Source: Streptomyces sp. NPDC050315 (GTDB taxonomy: Bacteria; Actinomycetota; Actinomycetes; Streptomycetales; Streptomycetaceae). From it: a stretch of DNA of 32,000 nucleotides. Numbering within the stretch: the first letter of the stretch is position 1; each line of letters opens with the position of its first letter. Below the pieces are notes generated by a model, which was not told where the DNA came from, made no database searches, and saw nothing but the letters and a program-made list of their open reading frames with translations. The position numbers and the translations under genes are program-made. Shown piece by piece: positions 21,575 to 30,826 of the stretch. The stretch spans positions 190,832 through 222,831 of the forward strand of contig NZ_JBFAKN010000002.1 in NCBI RefSeq assembly GCF_040655775.1, given 5' to 3'.

Positions 21575-21614
21575 CGCAGGCTCCTGCGGACCCTCGCAGG
21601 CTCCTGCGGACCCT
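21575..21614. repeat. Exact 20-nt tandem duplication CGCAGGCTCCTGCGGACCCT x2, each unit containing the near-palindrome CGCAGG-NN-CCTGCG
   Basis: Read directly: unit 1 is 21575-21594 and unit 2 is 21595-21614. The repeats lie in the putative 5' leader of the operon. The 20-bp period places both half-sites on the same helix face. Confidence 0.85.
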
Positions 21615-21722
21615 CGCGGGCCCCGCAGCCGTACACGCCCCATTCGGAGCAACTTCCGCGTAGTTCCACACGCTTCGGTTGCGGTCCGCGCCCGTGGCGG
21701 CACAAACGCGGAGCTTTCCTCG

Positions 21723-21758
21723 GTGCTGCTCTGCGTGCTGCTCTGCGTGCTTCTCTCA
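21723..21758. repeat. 12-nt tandem repeat GTGCTGCTCTGC x3 (third copy 9/12)
   Basis: Read directly: 21723-21734, 21735-21746 and 21747-21758. It lies immediately downstream (minus-strand sense) of the candidate operon promoter. Confidence 0.85.
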
Positions 21759-21766
21759 GTGCCAGG

Positions 21767-21795
21767 AATCTAAGCGCTTAAGTAATTGCCCGCAA
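21767..21795 (-). promoter_or_regulatory. Candidate sigma70-type promoter of the 12-gene operon
   Basis: On the minus strand: TTGCGG (-35, complement of 21790-21795), a 17-nt spacer, then TAGATT (-10, complement of 21767-21772). It sits in the only AT-richer patch of the divergent region. It implies a ~250-nt leader if translation starts at 21508. Confidence 0.4.
21770..21782. promoter_or_regulatory. Candidate operator: perfect 10-bp palindrome TAAGCGCTTA (21771-21780) within CTAAGCGCTTAAG
   Basis: It overlaps the -10/spacer of the candidate operon promoter. A related 13-mer in inverted orientation, CTTAAGCCCTAAG (21861-21873), matches at 11/13 positions after reverse-complementing. Confidence 0.4.
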
Positions 21796-21830
21796 GAGTC
21801 CCCGTCGAAAAATTTGCCTGAGCCAGACCC

Positions 21831-21875
21831 TTGACTTCCACACCCCTTGAGTCGGTAGAACTTAAGCCCTAAGAC
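21831..21875 (+). promoter_or_regulatory. Candidate promoter(s) of the divergent MFS gene
   Basis: Option 1: TTGACT (21831-21836), 19 nt, TAGAAC (21856-21861). Option 2: TTGAGT (21847-21852), 17 nt, TAAGAC (21870-21875). Neither is a strong match. Confidence 0.3.
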
Positions 21876-22008
21876 ACTTGGCGCTTACGTACGGGACTCC
21901 CCCACTCCCGGCACCATGGGCCTCCTACGCCCCCTGCGCCCGCCCACTCCCCCCTTTCCCTCCCCCATCCCTCGCCCGTGCCCCGTGCCGGGTCTGGAGG
22001 AATCCCGG

Positions 22009-23520
22009 ATGAGCCTTGACGCATCTCCGGGCCGTGACGCCGACGCCATCCGCGCCGGCATCGCCGCCCGGTTCGAACGTCTCCCCCTGTCCCGCTGGCA
22101 CGTCACCGTCCGCATCGTCATCGGCATGGTGACCTTCTTCGAAGCCTTCGACCAGCTGCTGATCGCCTACGCCATGCCTGAGCTGCGCCAGGAGTGGCAC
22201 CTCACGGACGGTGACGCCACCGCCGTCCTCACCATCGGTTCCCTCGGCATGCTCGTCGGCGCGCTCTTCTCGGGGCGGATGGCGGACCGCATCGGGCGTG
22301 TGAAGATCATCGCGATCTGTATCGGCGTGTCGGGGCTGTCCTCGCTCGCGCTGGCCTTGAGCCCGTCACCGACGCCCTTCATGCTGTTGCGCTTCGTGCA
22401 GGGCCTGGCGATCGGCGGTGAAGTGCCGGTCGCCGCGACCTTCATCAGCGAGATCACCCGCAGCTTCAAGCGCGGCCGCTTCGTGCTGCTGTACGAACTG
22501 GTCTTCCCCGCCGGCCTCACCATCGGAGCGGTGGCAGCGGCCTGGATCGTGCCGGCGCTGGGCTGGCGCTGGATGTACGCCGTGGCGGCCGTCCCGGGTC
22601 TACTCTGCATCCTCGTGCAGCGCACCGTCCCGGAGTCGCCGCGCTGGCTCGCCGACCGCGGCCGGATGCACGAGGCCGAGGCGACGATGGACCTGATCGA
22701 GACGAAGGTCGCCGCGGCGACGGGGGCCCCGCTCCCGCCGGTCGTCGCCACGATCCCCACCGCAGGCGCGGCGAGTACAACCAGTACGGCGAGTACGACG
22801 AACACAACGAGCACAACAAGTACGACGAGTACAAGCGGTACGACCGGCGCCACTGCGACAGTGCGTGCCGCCATCCCCGCCACCCCCGCCGAAGCCGCCG
22901 CGACCGGCGTGAAGGGGCTGTTCACGGGGCGGTACCGGCGTCGGACGCTGGTCATCGGGGCGCTGTGGTTCACCGGCTACTTCGTCAATTACGGCATTAC
23001 GTCCTGGCTGCCGACGATCTACGGCAAGCAGTACGGGCTGTCGCTCTCCGATGCGCTGATGTACTCGACGGTCACCTCGGTCGCCGGTTTCTTCGGCTGT
23101 CTGCTGGTCGCGCTCACCGTCGACCTGATCGGGCGGCGCAAGGTCTTCGCGTTCTTCCTCGGCGGCGCGGCCGCGCTGCTGATCGTGCTCGGCGCGCTCG
23201 GTGCCCGTACGCCCGTGCAGGTACTGGTGTGGACCTCGCTCGCCGCGGTCTGCTTCTTCGGCTCGAACATCTGCCTGTACCTCTACACGCCCGAGCTGTA
23301 CCCGACGCGGATGCGGGCACTGGGCTGCAGCGTCGGCGGCGCGCTCAACCGGCTCGGCGTGATCCTCGGTCCGGTGCTGGTCGGGGCGATCTACGCGGGC
23401 GGGGGCCAGGTCTCCGCGGTCTTCGTGACGCTGGGCGGAGTGGCCCTCGTGGGTGCGCTGGCCGCCGCGTTCTTCGCCGAGGAGACCACCAACCGGCCGC
23501 TGGAGGAAGTCTCCCCGTGA
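22009..23520 (+). CDS. MFS transporter (metabolite:H+ symporter, NiaP/aromatic-acid transporter-like) with a Thr/Ser-rich insertion in the central loop
   Basis: GGAGG (21996-22000) lies 8 nt upstream of ATG 22009. N-terminal RFERLPLSRWHVTVRIVIG motif, 12 TM-like segments, and the central loop contains STTSTASTTNTTSTTSTTSTSGTTGATAT. The track start at 21916 adds a Pro-rich leader with no RBS. Confidence 0.82.
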   Translation: MSLDASPGRDADAIRAGIAARFERLPLSRWHVTVRIVIGMVTFFEAFDQLLIAYAMPELRQEWHLTDGDATAVLTIGSLGMLVGALFSGRMADRIGRVKIIAICIGVSGLSSLALALSPSPTPFMLLRFVQGLAIGGEVPVAATFISEITRSFKRGRFVLLYELVFPAGLTIGAVAAAWIVPALGWRWMYAVAAVPGLLCILVQRTVPESPRWLADRGRMHEAEATMDLIETKVAAATGAPLPPVVATIPTAGAASTTSTASTTNTTSTTSTTSTSGTTGATATVRAAIPATPAEAAATGVKGLFTGRYRRRTLVIGALWFTGYFVNYGITSWLPTIYGKQYGLSLSDALMYSTVTSVAGFFGCLLVALTVDLIGRRKVFAFFLGGAAALLIVLGALGARTPVQVLVWTSLAAVCFFGSNICLYLYTPELYPTRMRALGCSVGGALNRLGVILGPVLVGAIYAGGGQVSAVFVTLGGVALVGALAAAFFAEETTNRPLEEVSP

Positions 23521-23521
23521 C

Positions 23522-23536
23522 GGCCGGGCACCGGCC
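23522..23536 (+). terminator. Small GC hairpin directly after the MFS stop
   Basis: GGCCGG-GCA-CCGGCC (6-bp stem, 3-nt loop), with no U-tract. Confidence 0.25.
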
Positions 23537-23574
23537 CCCTGCCTACCGCTGTACCGCCCCCGGAGCCACGCTAC

Positions 23575-24465
23575 TCACCCCGCCCCCCTCACCACCGGCG
23601 GATCGTCCGGATCCGGGATCCTGGTGGACCAGCCACCCGGCACCGTCCGCCCCTGCTGAGTGCGGAAGCGGACCGGTGCGGTGCCGACCCTCCGGGTGAA
23701 GAGGCGGCTGAAGTAGGCCGGGTCGTCGTAGCCGACGCGGCGGGCCACCGCGGCGACCGGTAGTTCGGTGGCGGCGAGGAGTTCCTTGGCGCGGCCGAGG
23801 CGGATGCCGAGGAGGTAGTCCTTGGGGCTGCAGCCGGCGCCGCGGCGTACGGCGGTGCGCAGTTCGGCGGGGCTCATGCCGTGCCGGGCCGCGTGTTCGG
23901 CGACGGAGAGCGGCAGGAAGGCGTCCCGGGCCAGCGCTTGCAGGACCGGGTCGCCGTCGGCGTCGGTGTCGGCACGGGCGCGGCGCAGCGCGACGAGCAG
24001 TTCGTGTACCGCGGCGGAGGTCTCGACCTCCAGGAGGGGGTTGCCGCGGCGGGCGGCGCGGGCGATGCGGCCGATGGCGGCGCGCGCTGCGGCGGTGTCG
24101 GCGAGCGGTACGAGTGGCCGGTCGGGGCGGGGTTCTATGTAGCCGAGTTCGGTGTACGTGCTGGTGGCCGGGCCGGTGAAGTCGACGAAGCTCTCGTCCC
24201 AGCCGCTGTCCGGGTCGGCGCCGTAGTGGTGCGGGACGCCGGGGGTGAGCCAGAGGAGGGCGGGCGCGGTGACGGGGTGCCGGGTGCCGTCGGGGTCCGC
24301 GTACCAGCCGCCGCCCGCGTGGATGATCACGGCTACGTAGTGGTCGAGGGTGCGCGGCCCGACGGCGGGCAGCGTGCCGTGCTGGAGGCCGACGCCCAGG
24401 CAGACCAGGCCGAGCCGGTGGTGGACCGGGCTGGGCGTGAAGTAGCGCATCCAGGTGTGGTACAC
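23575..24465 (-). CDS. AraC family transcriptional regulator (N-terminal cupin-like sensor + C-terminal double HTH)
   Basis: C-terminal LSVAEHAARHGMSPAELRTAVRR...PVAAVARRVGYDDPAYFSRLFTRRVG. GTG 24463-24465 lies 5 nt downstream of GAAGGAG. ATG 24450 is an alternative start. The track start at 24627 would overlap the GH35 gene region. Confidence 0.82.
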   Translation of the reverse strand: MYHTWMRYFTPSPVHHRLGLVCLGVGLQHGTLPAVGPRTLDHYVAVIIHAGGGWYADPDGTRHPVTAPALLWLTPGVPHHYGADPDSGWDESFVDFTGPATSTYTELGYIEPRPDRPLVPLADTAAARAAIGRIARAARRGNPLLEVETSAAVHELLVALRRARADTDADGDPVLQALARDAFLPLSVAEHAARHGMSPAELRTAVRRGAGCSPKDYLLGIRLGRAKELLAATELPVAAVARRVGYDDPAYFSRLFTRRVGTAPVRFRTQQGRTVPGGWSTRIPDPDDPPVVRGAG

Positions 24466-24541
24466 GCGGGCTCCTTCCGTCGGCCGGCCGCCTGCCCCGG
24501 CCGCCCGGGACGTTCCGTCCAAACAACGCCGATCTTTGTCC

Positions 24542-26461
24542 ATGGACCGCCCGCCCCGCCAGGGGGTGAGCTGGTCCCGACGCGAGCCGGGCGGGGACGA
24601 CGGGACGGACGACGTGGCAGACAGCAAGGCGGATGGCCAGACGAGTGACGTGCGGACAAGTGCGCCTCACGGGACCGACCGGCGGCGGGAATTCCTCGTC
24701 GAAGAGCGGGAGTTCACGCTGGACGGGCGGCCAGTACGGCTCCTGTCAGGGGCGCTGCACTACTTCCGGGTGCACGAGGGGCACTGGGACCACCGGCTGG
24801 CGATGCTGCGGGCGATGGGCCTGAACTGTGTGGAGACGTACGTACCGTGGAATCTGCACGAGCCGCGCCCTGGCGAGTTCCGGGAGTTGGCGGCGCTCGG
24901 CCGGTTCCTGGACGCGGTGCGGCGCGCAGGGCTGTTGGCGATCGTCCGGCCCGGCCCGTACATCTGTGCCGAGTGGGAGAACGGCGGGCTGCCGCACTGG
25001 CTGACCGGGCCGCTGGGGCGGCGGATACGTACGCGCGATCCGGAGTATCTCCGGGCGGTGGACGGGTGGCTGGCGGCGGTCCTGCCGCAGGTGGTGGCGC
25101 GGCAGTGCGACCGCGGCGGCCCGGTGATCATGGTCCAGGTGGAGAACGAGTACGGCTCCTACGGCTCGGACGCCGCCTACCTCGCGCATCTCACCGACCG
25201 GCTGCGCGCGCTCGGCGTGACCGTGCCGCTGTTCACCTCCGACGGCCCGGAGGACCACATGCTGACGGGCGGGAGCGTGCCGGGCGTGCTCGCGACGGTC
25301 AACTTCGGGTCCGGCGCGCGGGAGGCGTTCGCGACGCTGCGCCGCCACCGGCCGGACGGGCCGCTGATGTGCATGGAGTTCTGGTGCGGGTGGTTCTCCC
25401 ACTGGAGCGCCGGGCCGGAGGACGGAGACGCCGCGGCTGCACGGGATCCGGAGGACGCCGCGAACGCACTGCGCGAGGTCCTGGAGTGCGGTGCGTCGGT
25501 GAACATCTACATGGCGCACGGCGGGACGAGTTTCGGCGGCTGGGCGGGGGCGAACCGGGGCGGTGCGCTGCAGGACGGCGCGCTGCTGCCGACCGTGACG
25601 TCGTACGACTACGACGCGCCCGTCGACGAGCGGGGCAGGCCGACGGCGAAGTTCTGGCGGTTCAGGGAGGTGCTGGCGCCGTACGCCGACGGGCCGCTGC
25701 CGGAACCGCCCGCGCCGCAGCCGGTGCTGGCCGCGCCGGCGGAGGTGCGGCTGACGGGCTGGGCGCCGATGGACGCGGTACTGGACGGGCTGGGCGGTCC
25801 CGAGCTGCGGTCGGGGGCGCCGCCGACGTTCGAGGAGCTGGACGTGGACCGCGGGGTAGTGCGGTACCGGACACGGGTGCCGGGACCGCGGGGGCCGTAC
25901 GAGCTGCGGGTCCGGGGGTTGCGGGACCGGGCGGTGACGTTCGTGGCCGGGGTGCCGGGGCCCGTACTGGACACCGAGGAGGCCGTGCTCGGGCCGGTGC
26001 CGGGCCCGGCGGAGGCGGAGCTGTGGGTGGAGTCGCTGGGGCGGGTCAACTACGGGCCGCGGCTGGGCGAGCCGAAGGGCATCACGGGCGGGGTGCTGCA
26101 CGAGCGGCAGTACGTGCACGACGTACGGGCGCGCGGGCTGCGGCTGGACGCGCTGGAGGACGCGGGGGCGGTGGGGAAGTTGGCCTTCGGGGCGGGCCCC
26201 GGGGCGGGGGCGCGTGGGCTGCATCGCGGAACCGTGACCGTGCCGGTCGGCGGTGTCGGGGACGCGCTGCTGGAGCTGCCCGGCTGGACGCGGGGCTTCG
26301 TATGGATCGGCGGCTTCCCGCTGGGACGGTACTGGTCAGCAGGCCCGCAGCGCGCACTGTACGTACCGGGCCCGTGCCTGCGCGAGGGCCCGAACGAGGT
26401 GCTCGTACTGGAGCTTGAGGGGACCGACCAGGGGGCGGGGGCACCGCGGCTGGTGCCTTGA
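24542..26461 (+). CDS. Glycoside hydrolase family 35 beta-galactosidase, no signal peptide (cytoplasmic)
   Basis: FTLDGRPVRLLSGALHYFRV, NCVETYVPWNLHEP, RPGPYICAEWENGGLPHWL, IMVQVENEYGSYG, MCMEFWCGWF. The start is uncertain. ATG 24542 has no SD. In-frame GTGs at 24614 and 24650 would give an N-terminus of more typical length. Confidence 0.82.
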   Translation: MDRPPRQGVSWSRREPGGDDGTDDVADSKADGQTSDVRTSAPHGTDRRREFLVEEREFTLDGRPVRLLSGALHYFRVHEGHWDHRLAMLRAMGLNCVETYVPWNLHEPRPGEFRELAALGRFLDAVRRAGLLAIVRPGPYICAEWENGGLPHWLTGPLGRRIRTRDPEYLRAVDGWLAAVLPQVVARQCDRGGPVIMVQVENEYGSYGSDAAYLAHLTDRLRALGVTVPLFTSDGPEDHMLTGGSVPGVLATVNFGSGAREAFATLRRHRPDGPLMCMEFWCGWFSHWSAGPEDGDAAAARDPEDAANALREVLECGASVNIYMAHGGTSFGGWAGANRGGALQDGALLPTVTSYDYDAPVDERGRPTAKFWRFREVLAPYADGPLPEPPAPQPVLAAPAEVRLTGWAPMDAVLDGLGGPELRSGAPPTFEELDVDRGVVRYRTRVPGPRGPYELRVRGLRDRAVTFVAGVPGPVLDTEEAVLGPVPGPAEAELWVESLGRVNYGPRLGEPKGITGGVLHERQYVHDVRARGLRLDALEDAGAVGKLAFGAGPGAGARGLHRGTVTVPVGGVGDALLELPGWTRGFVWIGGFPLGRYWSAGPQRALYVPGPCLREGPNEVLVLELEGTDQGAGAPRLVP

Positions 26462-26495
26462 AGCGTGCCGCCGGGCCCGCCCCCCCCCGAACGGC

Positions 26496-29400
26496 TCACA
26501 CCTCCCTGACCTCGAACCCGTCCAGCACGAACTCCGCCTTCCCGTCGCCTCCGGTCTTCCGCAGCCCCACCCACGCCTCGCCCTTCTCCGGCGCGGTGAA
26601 CTCGTAGGAGTGGACGGTGGGTCCGGTGGCGACGGGGAGCGGGGTGCGGCTCAGCTCGCGCGCCGCCGGATCGTCCACCGCCGTGACCCAGGCGTACTGG
26701 TCCGCCTTCTCGTTCTCGTACCGGAAGGTGACCCGGTAACGGCGCCCCGGTGCGAAGCGCACGGTGTGCGGCACGGTCCGGTAGACCAGTCCGCCGTTCT
26801 CGCCGCGCGACTTCAGCGACTGGCCGCCGTCGATCACATCGTCGATGGCCTTGCCGTTCCAGCCGCGCTGGGTGTAGGGCGCGTGCCGCTGGGCGATGTG
26901 GGTGCGCGGGTCGTTCGCGCCGCCCGCGTCGCCCTTCACGAAGACGCCCCAGCCCTGCGGCACGTGCTCGAAGTCCTCGTAGGCGAGGGTGCCGTCCTTC
27001 TCCGTACGGGAGGCGGCCACCACTCGTACGTTGTCGAAGCGGACGCGCGCCTGTCCGGCCGCCGCCTTCAGGGCCAGCGTCACCGGTCCGCCGCCCTCGG
27101 GAACGGTGAAGTAGGTGAACATCCGCTGGAAGCGGGTGCCGTGCTTGCGGTCGGCGGCGACGTAGTTACCGGCCGTGGAGGTCTCGGTCCAGTTGGCCGC
27201 GGTGACCCCGTCGGCGGTGCGTACAGTCAGCTCGGCGCGGCGCCGCTGCCCCGCCTTCTCGCCCACCTCGACCTGCACGGATGCCGCGTACGTACCGGGC
27301 GCGAGGCGGTCCAGGCGGCGGGCGACGGCCGCCGCGCCACCCGCGCCGATCACCAGCTCGTAGTCGCCCAGCGCGCTCGCGCGGACCGTCGCCGGGCCGC
27401 TCACCTGCCAGCCGTCGAGCGTGCCGGAGTGGAAGCCGGGGTCGGCCAGGCCGGTGCCCTCGCCCCAGCGGGGGTCCTCCTGGGGTGCGGCCCGCTCCTT
27501 GCGGACGACGTACGGGACGCCGGCCGCGGCCTCGATGGTGACCTTGCCGCCCTTGACCGGCAGCCGCTTCTCGTCGGCGCGGCCCTGGTCGGTGAGGCGG
27601 TACAGGTACACCGTCCCGGTCATCCAGCCGCGCGGCAACGTCCAGGTCGTCGTGCCGCCCTTGGGGTGGTAGTGGTACAGCTTCGCCGGATCGGTGGCGC
27701 GGCGCGGCTCCCACGGCAGCAGATACACCCCGTCGTCGTAGACCAAGCGGCCGTCCGTGGTGATGCGGCGCTTGCCGCCGTCGGCGTCGGAGACGACCGT
27801 GCGGGTCGGGCCCTCGAAGGTGATCTCGTGGTCGGTCCAGGTTTTGATGGGGTACGCCTGGAGGTACTTGGCGGGCAGGCTGTCCGTCCAGATCAGCCGG
27901 TAGAAAGCGGTCCAGTCGGTCTTGCCGACCCAGCCCTCGAAGTTGCCGGTGCGCGGGATGCCCAGCAGGGTCGGCCACTTGTCGGCGAAGACGTCCTTGT
28001 GGTGGTTCCGGACGAAGCGAATGAGCCGGGAGTTGATGCCCCGGGAGGTGTCCGGTCCGTAGTCGACTTCCGTCGCCCAGTGGGACCACAGCGCGGAGCG
28101 TTCCAGGCCGTGCCCCCATTCCGTGGTCACCAGCCACCCCTGGTCGCGCAGGTGGCGCTGGAGCCGGTCGGAGTTCCAGCCGGACTCGCGGAAGACGTCG
28201 ATGTAGAGCATGTTCAGGGCCGGGTCGGTCTCGTCGCGGAGCTGCTGGAAGCGCGCTGCGATGTCGCCGGAGACCAGATCGCGGCGGGCGTCGATGCGGT
28301 AGGACTGGTCGAGCCAGTCCCACTGCTCGTTGTTCTTGTCGACGAGCGTCTCGGAGAAGGCGTTGGCGACGGGGTAGGACTCGGTGGCGTTGACGTGGAC
28401 GGCGAAGTCGCTGTTCCACTTCTTTCCGGCGCGGACCAGGGCGTTGAGGTCCTTCAGGCCGCCCGCGCGCTGGTTGTAGTTGCCGCCGTAGTCCGGGTGC
28501 GCCGAATCGTGCCCCTCCGACTGATACCCCTTCAGCAGCGTGAACTGCCGCAGTCCGTCCGTCGCGAGGGAGATCCGCTTGACGTTGTCGAGGGTGGCGA
28601 GGAACGGATTGGTGGCCTGGCTGGCGAAGTTGAAGGGGATGTGCGGGACGACGCGCAGATGCTGCTCGTCCGCGCCGAGCGGCATGACCATGATGTCGCG
28701 CAGCGCGATGGCGGCGTCCTGCCAGTCGACGCGGCCGTCGCCGTTGCGGTCGCGGGTGAGGATCACGGTGGCGTAGGGCAGCGGTTCGGTGGCGTCCACG
28801 GGCGCGGTGGCCGCGCGGTGGGTCCACTGGCCGCACGCGAGCCGCGCCTCGACGTGGCCGTCGCGCTGTACGGTCTGCCGCCAGAGTCGGCCGTTCTCCC
28901 AGGTCGTGGTGGCGGAGGGCTTGTCGTGGACGGTGTTGGTTTCCACGGCGGCGGCCAGCTTGTCGGTGGCGACCACGGCGTACGCGCAGCCCAGGGGCGC
29001 GGCGTCGGCGGGCGTGCCGTCCGTGACCCGGACGAGGGTGTCGCCGCTCTTGGCCTTGTCCAGCTCGATCCGGGCCGCGAGGAGCGTCGCGCCGGGCTGG
29101 TCGCTGCGGACGCTGAGCAGCGCGAGCGCGGGGATCTGCAGGGTGCCGACGCGCAGCGCGGCGGTGTCGGCGATCCTCGTGACCCGCCAGTGGACCTGCC
29201 AGCCCTCGACCGCGATCTCCACGCCGATCTCGGTGCCGCCGTCGAAGGCGAGGGTGTAGGCGATGCGGTCGGTGGAGGGCCGCGCGGTGACCTCGGGAGT
29301 GCGGGGCGTGCCGTCGATGACGACCTGGGTGACCGGCGTCGCCTGTCCGTGCAGCACGGCGCCGGTACCGGTGTCGGTGTACGCGAGGACGCGCGGGAAG

Positions 29401-29576
29401 GCGGTGTCCACGCGGACCTGGAGCTGATCGGAGCGGAGCACGGCCTCGCCCGCCCTCGGCGCCGCGTACGCGGACGCGGCGCCGAGGGGCAGCGCGGTGC
29501 CGAGGGCGGCGAGCGCGGTGGTGGCGACGACGGTCCTGCGGCTGGGGTTGCGCCCGTCACCTGTGGGTTCGTTCAC
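26496..29576 (-). CDS. Tat-exported GH101-like endo-alpha-N-acetylgalactosaminidase (O-glycanase) with a C-terminal carbohydrate-binding-type domain
   Basis: AAGGAGG lies 9 nt upstream of GTG 29574-29576. Signal NPSRRTVVATTALAALGTALPLGAASAYA. Catalytic-region motifs as I remember them for GH101: HIPFNFASQATNPFLATLDNVKRISLATDGL, LLKGYQSEGHDSAHPDYGG and FAVHVNATESYP. The first 159 aa of the track ORF overlap the trypsin gene out of frame. Confidence 0.75.
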   Translation of the reverse strand: MNEPTGDGRNPSRRTVVATTALAALGTALPLGAASAYAAPRAGEAVLRSDQLQVRVDTAFPRVLAYTDTGTGAVLHGQATPVTQVVIDGTPRTPEVTARPSTDRIAYTLAFDGGTEIGVEIAVEGWQVHWRVTRIADTAALRVGTLQIPALALLSVRSDQPGATLLAARIELDKAKSGDTLVRVTDGTPADAAPLGCAYAVVATDKLAAAVETNTVHDKPSATTTWENGRLWRQTVQRDGHVEARLACGQWTHRAATAPVDATEPLPYATVILTRDRNGDGRVDWQDAAIALRDIMVMPLGADEQHLRVVPHIPFNFASQATNPFLATLDNVKRISLATDGLRQFTLLKGYQSEGHDSAHPDYGGNYNQRAGGLKDLNALVRAGKKWNSDFAVHVNATESYPVANAFSETLVDKNNEQWDWLDQSYRIDARRDLVSGDIAARFQQLRDETDPALNMLYIDVFRESGWNSDRLQRHLRDQGWLVTTEWGHGLERSALWSHWATEVDYGPDTSRGINSRLIRFVRNHHKDVFADKWPTLLGIPRTGNFEGWVGKTDWTAFYRLIWTDSLPAKYLQAYPIKTWTDHEITFEGPTRTVVSDADGGKRRITTDGRLVYDDGVYLLPWEPRRATDPAKLYHYHPKGGTTTWTLPRGWMTGTVYLYRLTDQGRADEKRLPVKGGKVTIEAAAGVPYVVRKERAAPQEDPRWGEGTGLADPGFHSGTLDGWQVSGPATVRASALGDYELVIGAGGAAAVARRLDRLAPGTYAASVQVEVGEKAGQRRRAELTVRTADGVTAANWTETSTAGNYVAADRKHGTRFQRMFTYFTVPEGGGPVTLALKAAAGQARVRFDNVRVVAASRTEKDGTLAYEDFEHVPQGWGVFVKGDAGGANDPRTHIAQRHAPYTQRGWNGKAIDDVIDGGQSLKSRGENGGLVYRTVPHTVRFAPGRRYRVTFRYENEKADQYAWVTAVDDPAARELSRTPLPVATGPTVHSYEFTAPEKGEAWVGLRKTGGDGKAEFVLDGFEVREV

Positions 29577-29678
29577 GCGCACGGTCCTCCTTCGCACCGG
29601 TACTGGCTGTCGCCGGACAGCGTGCTGCGCGTGCGACGGATGCGCCCATGGACAAAGAAGGGACAGATGTTGGACTAA

Positions 29679-29709
29679 CGGGCGGCGCCACCACGCGCGG
29701 CACCGCCCG
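29679..29709 (-). terminator. Strong hairpin 7 nt after the trypsin stop (intrinsic-terminator-like)
   Basis: The minus-strand RNA CGGGCGGUGCCGC-GCGUG-GUGGCGCCGCCCG forms a 13-bp stem (11 GC/CG pairs and 2 G-U) with a 5-nt loop. The wobble pairs exist only on the minus-strand transcript. It is followed by UUAGUCC, a weak U-tract. Confidence 0.6.
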
Positions 29710-29716
29710 CGACGGG

Positions 29717-30565
<849 letters not shown>

Positions 30566-30826
30566 TCAATGACGGGCTCATGCCAACACCGGACCCGGTG
30601 TCCACCGCCGCGTGGAACAAGAACCGGCAAAAGAACCGGCGGCAAAAACGGCAGCGCACGAAAAGGCGTCCGGACCCGGTGGGGGCGAGCCCGTAAAGCG
30701 CCCTGTGATTATGTGGAACGCGCGACAAGTGTGACAAGAGTGTCCAGCCGCTCAATTCCCCTGCCACCGTGGGCAGTACGTCCCGTACCGTCCGGTCAGC
30801 GCCGCCCGTACAGTGGTCGGGTGGCA

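Noticed and set aside
20133-21671. 512-aa minus-strand ORF starting upstream of the ALDH (GTG at 21671) as an alternative reading of the ALDH 5' region
   Set aside because: It is out of frame with the conserved ALDH core, Arg-rich throughout, and would destroy the ALDH motifs. It is an overlapping-frame artefact.
26253-29678. 1141-aa plus-strand ORF opposite the GH101 gene
   Set aside because: It is an antisense shadow ORF. It is Arg/Gly/Ala/Val-rich with no domain motifs, and it begins inside the GH35 gene. The minus-strand frame carries the GH101-type motifs and a Tat signal.
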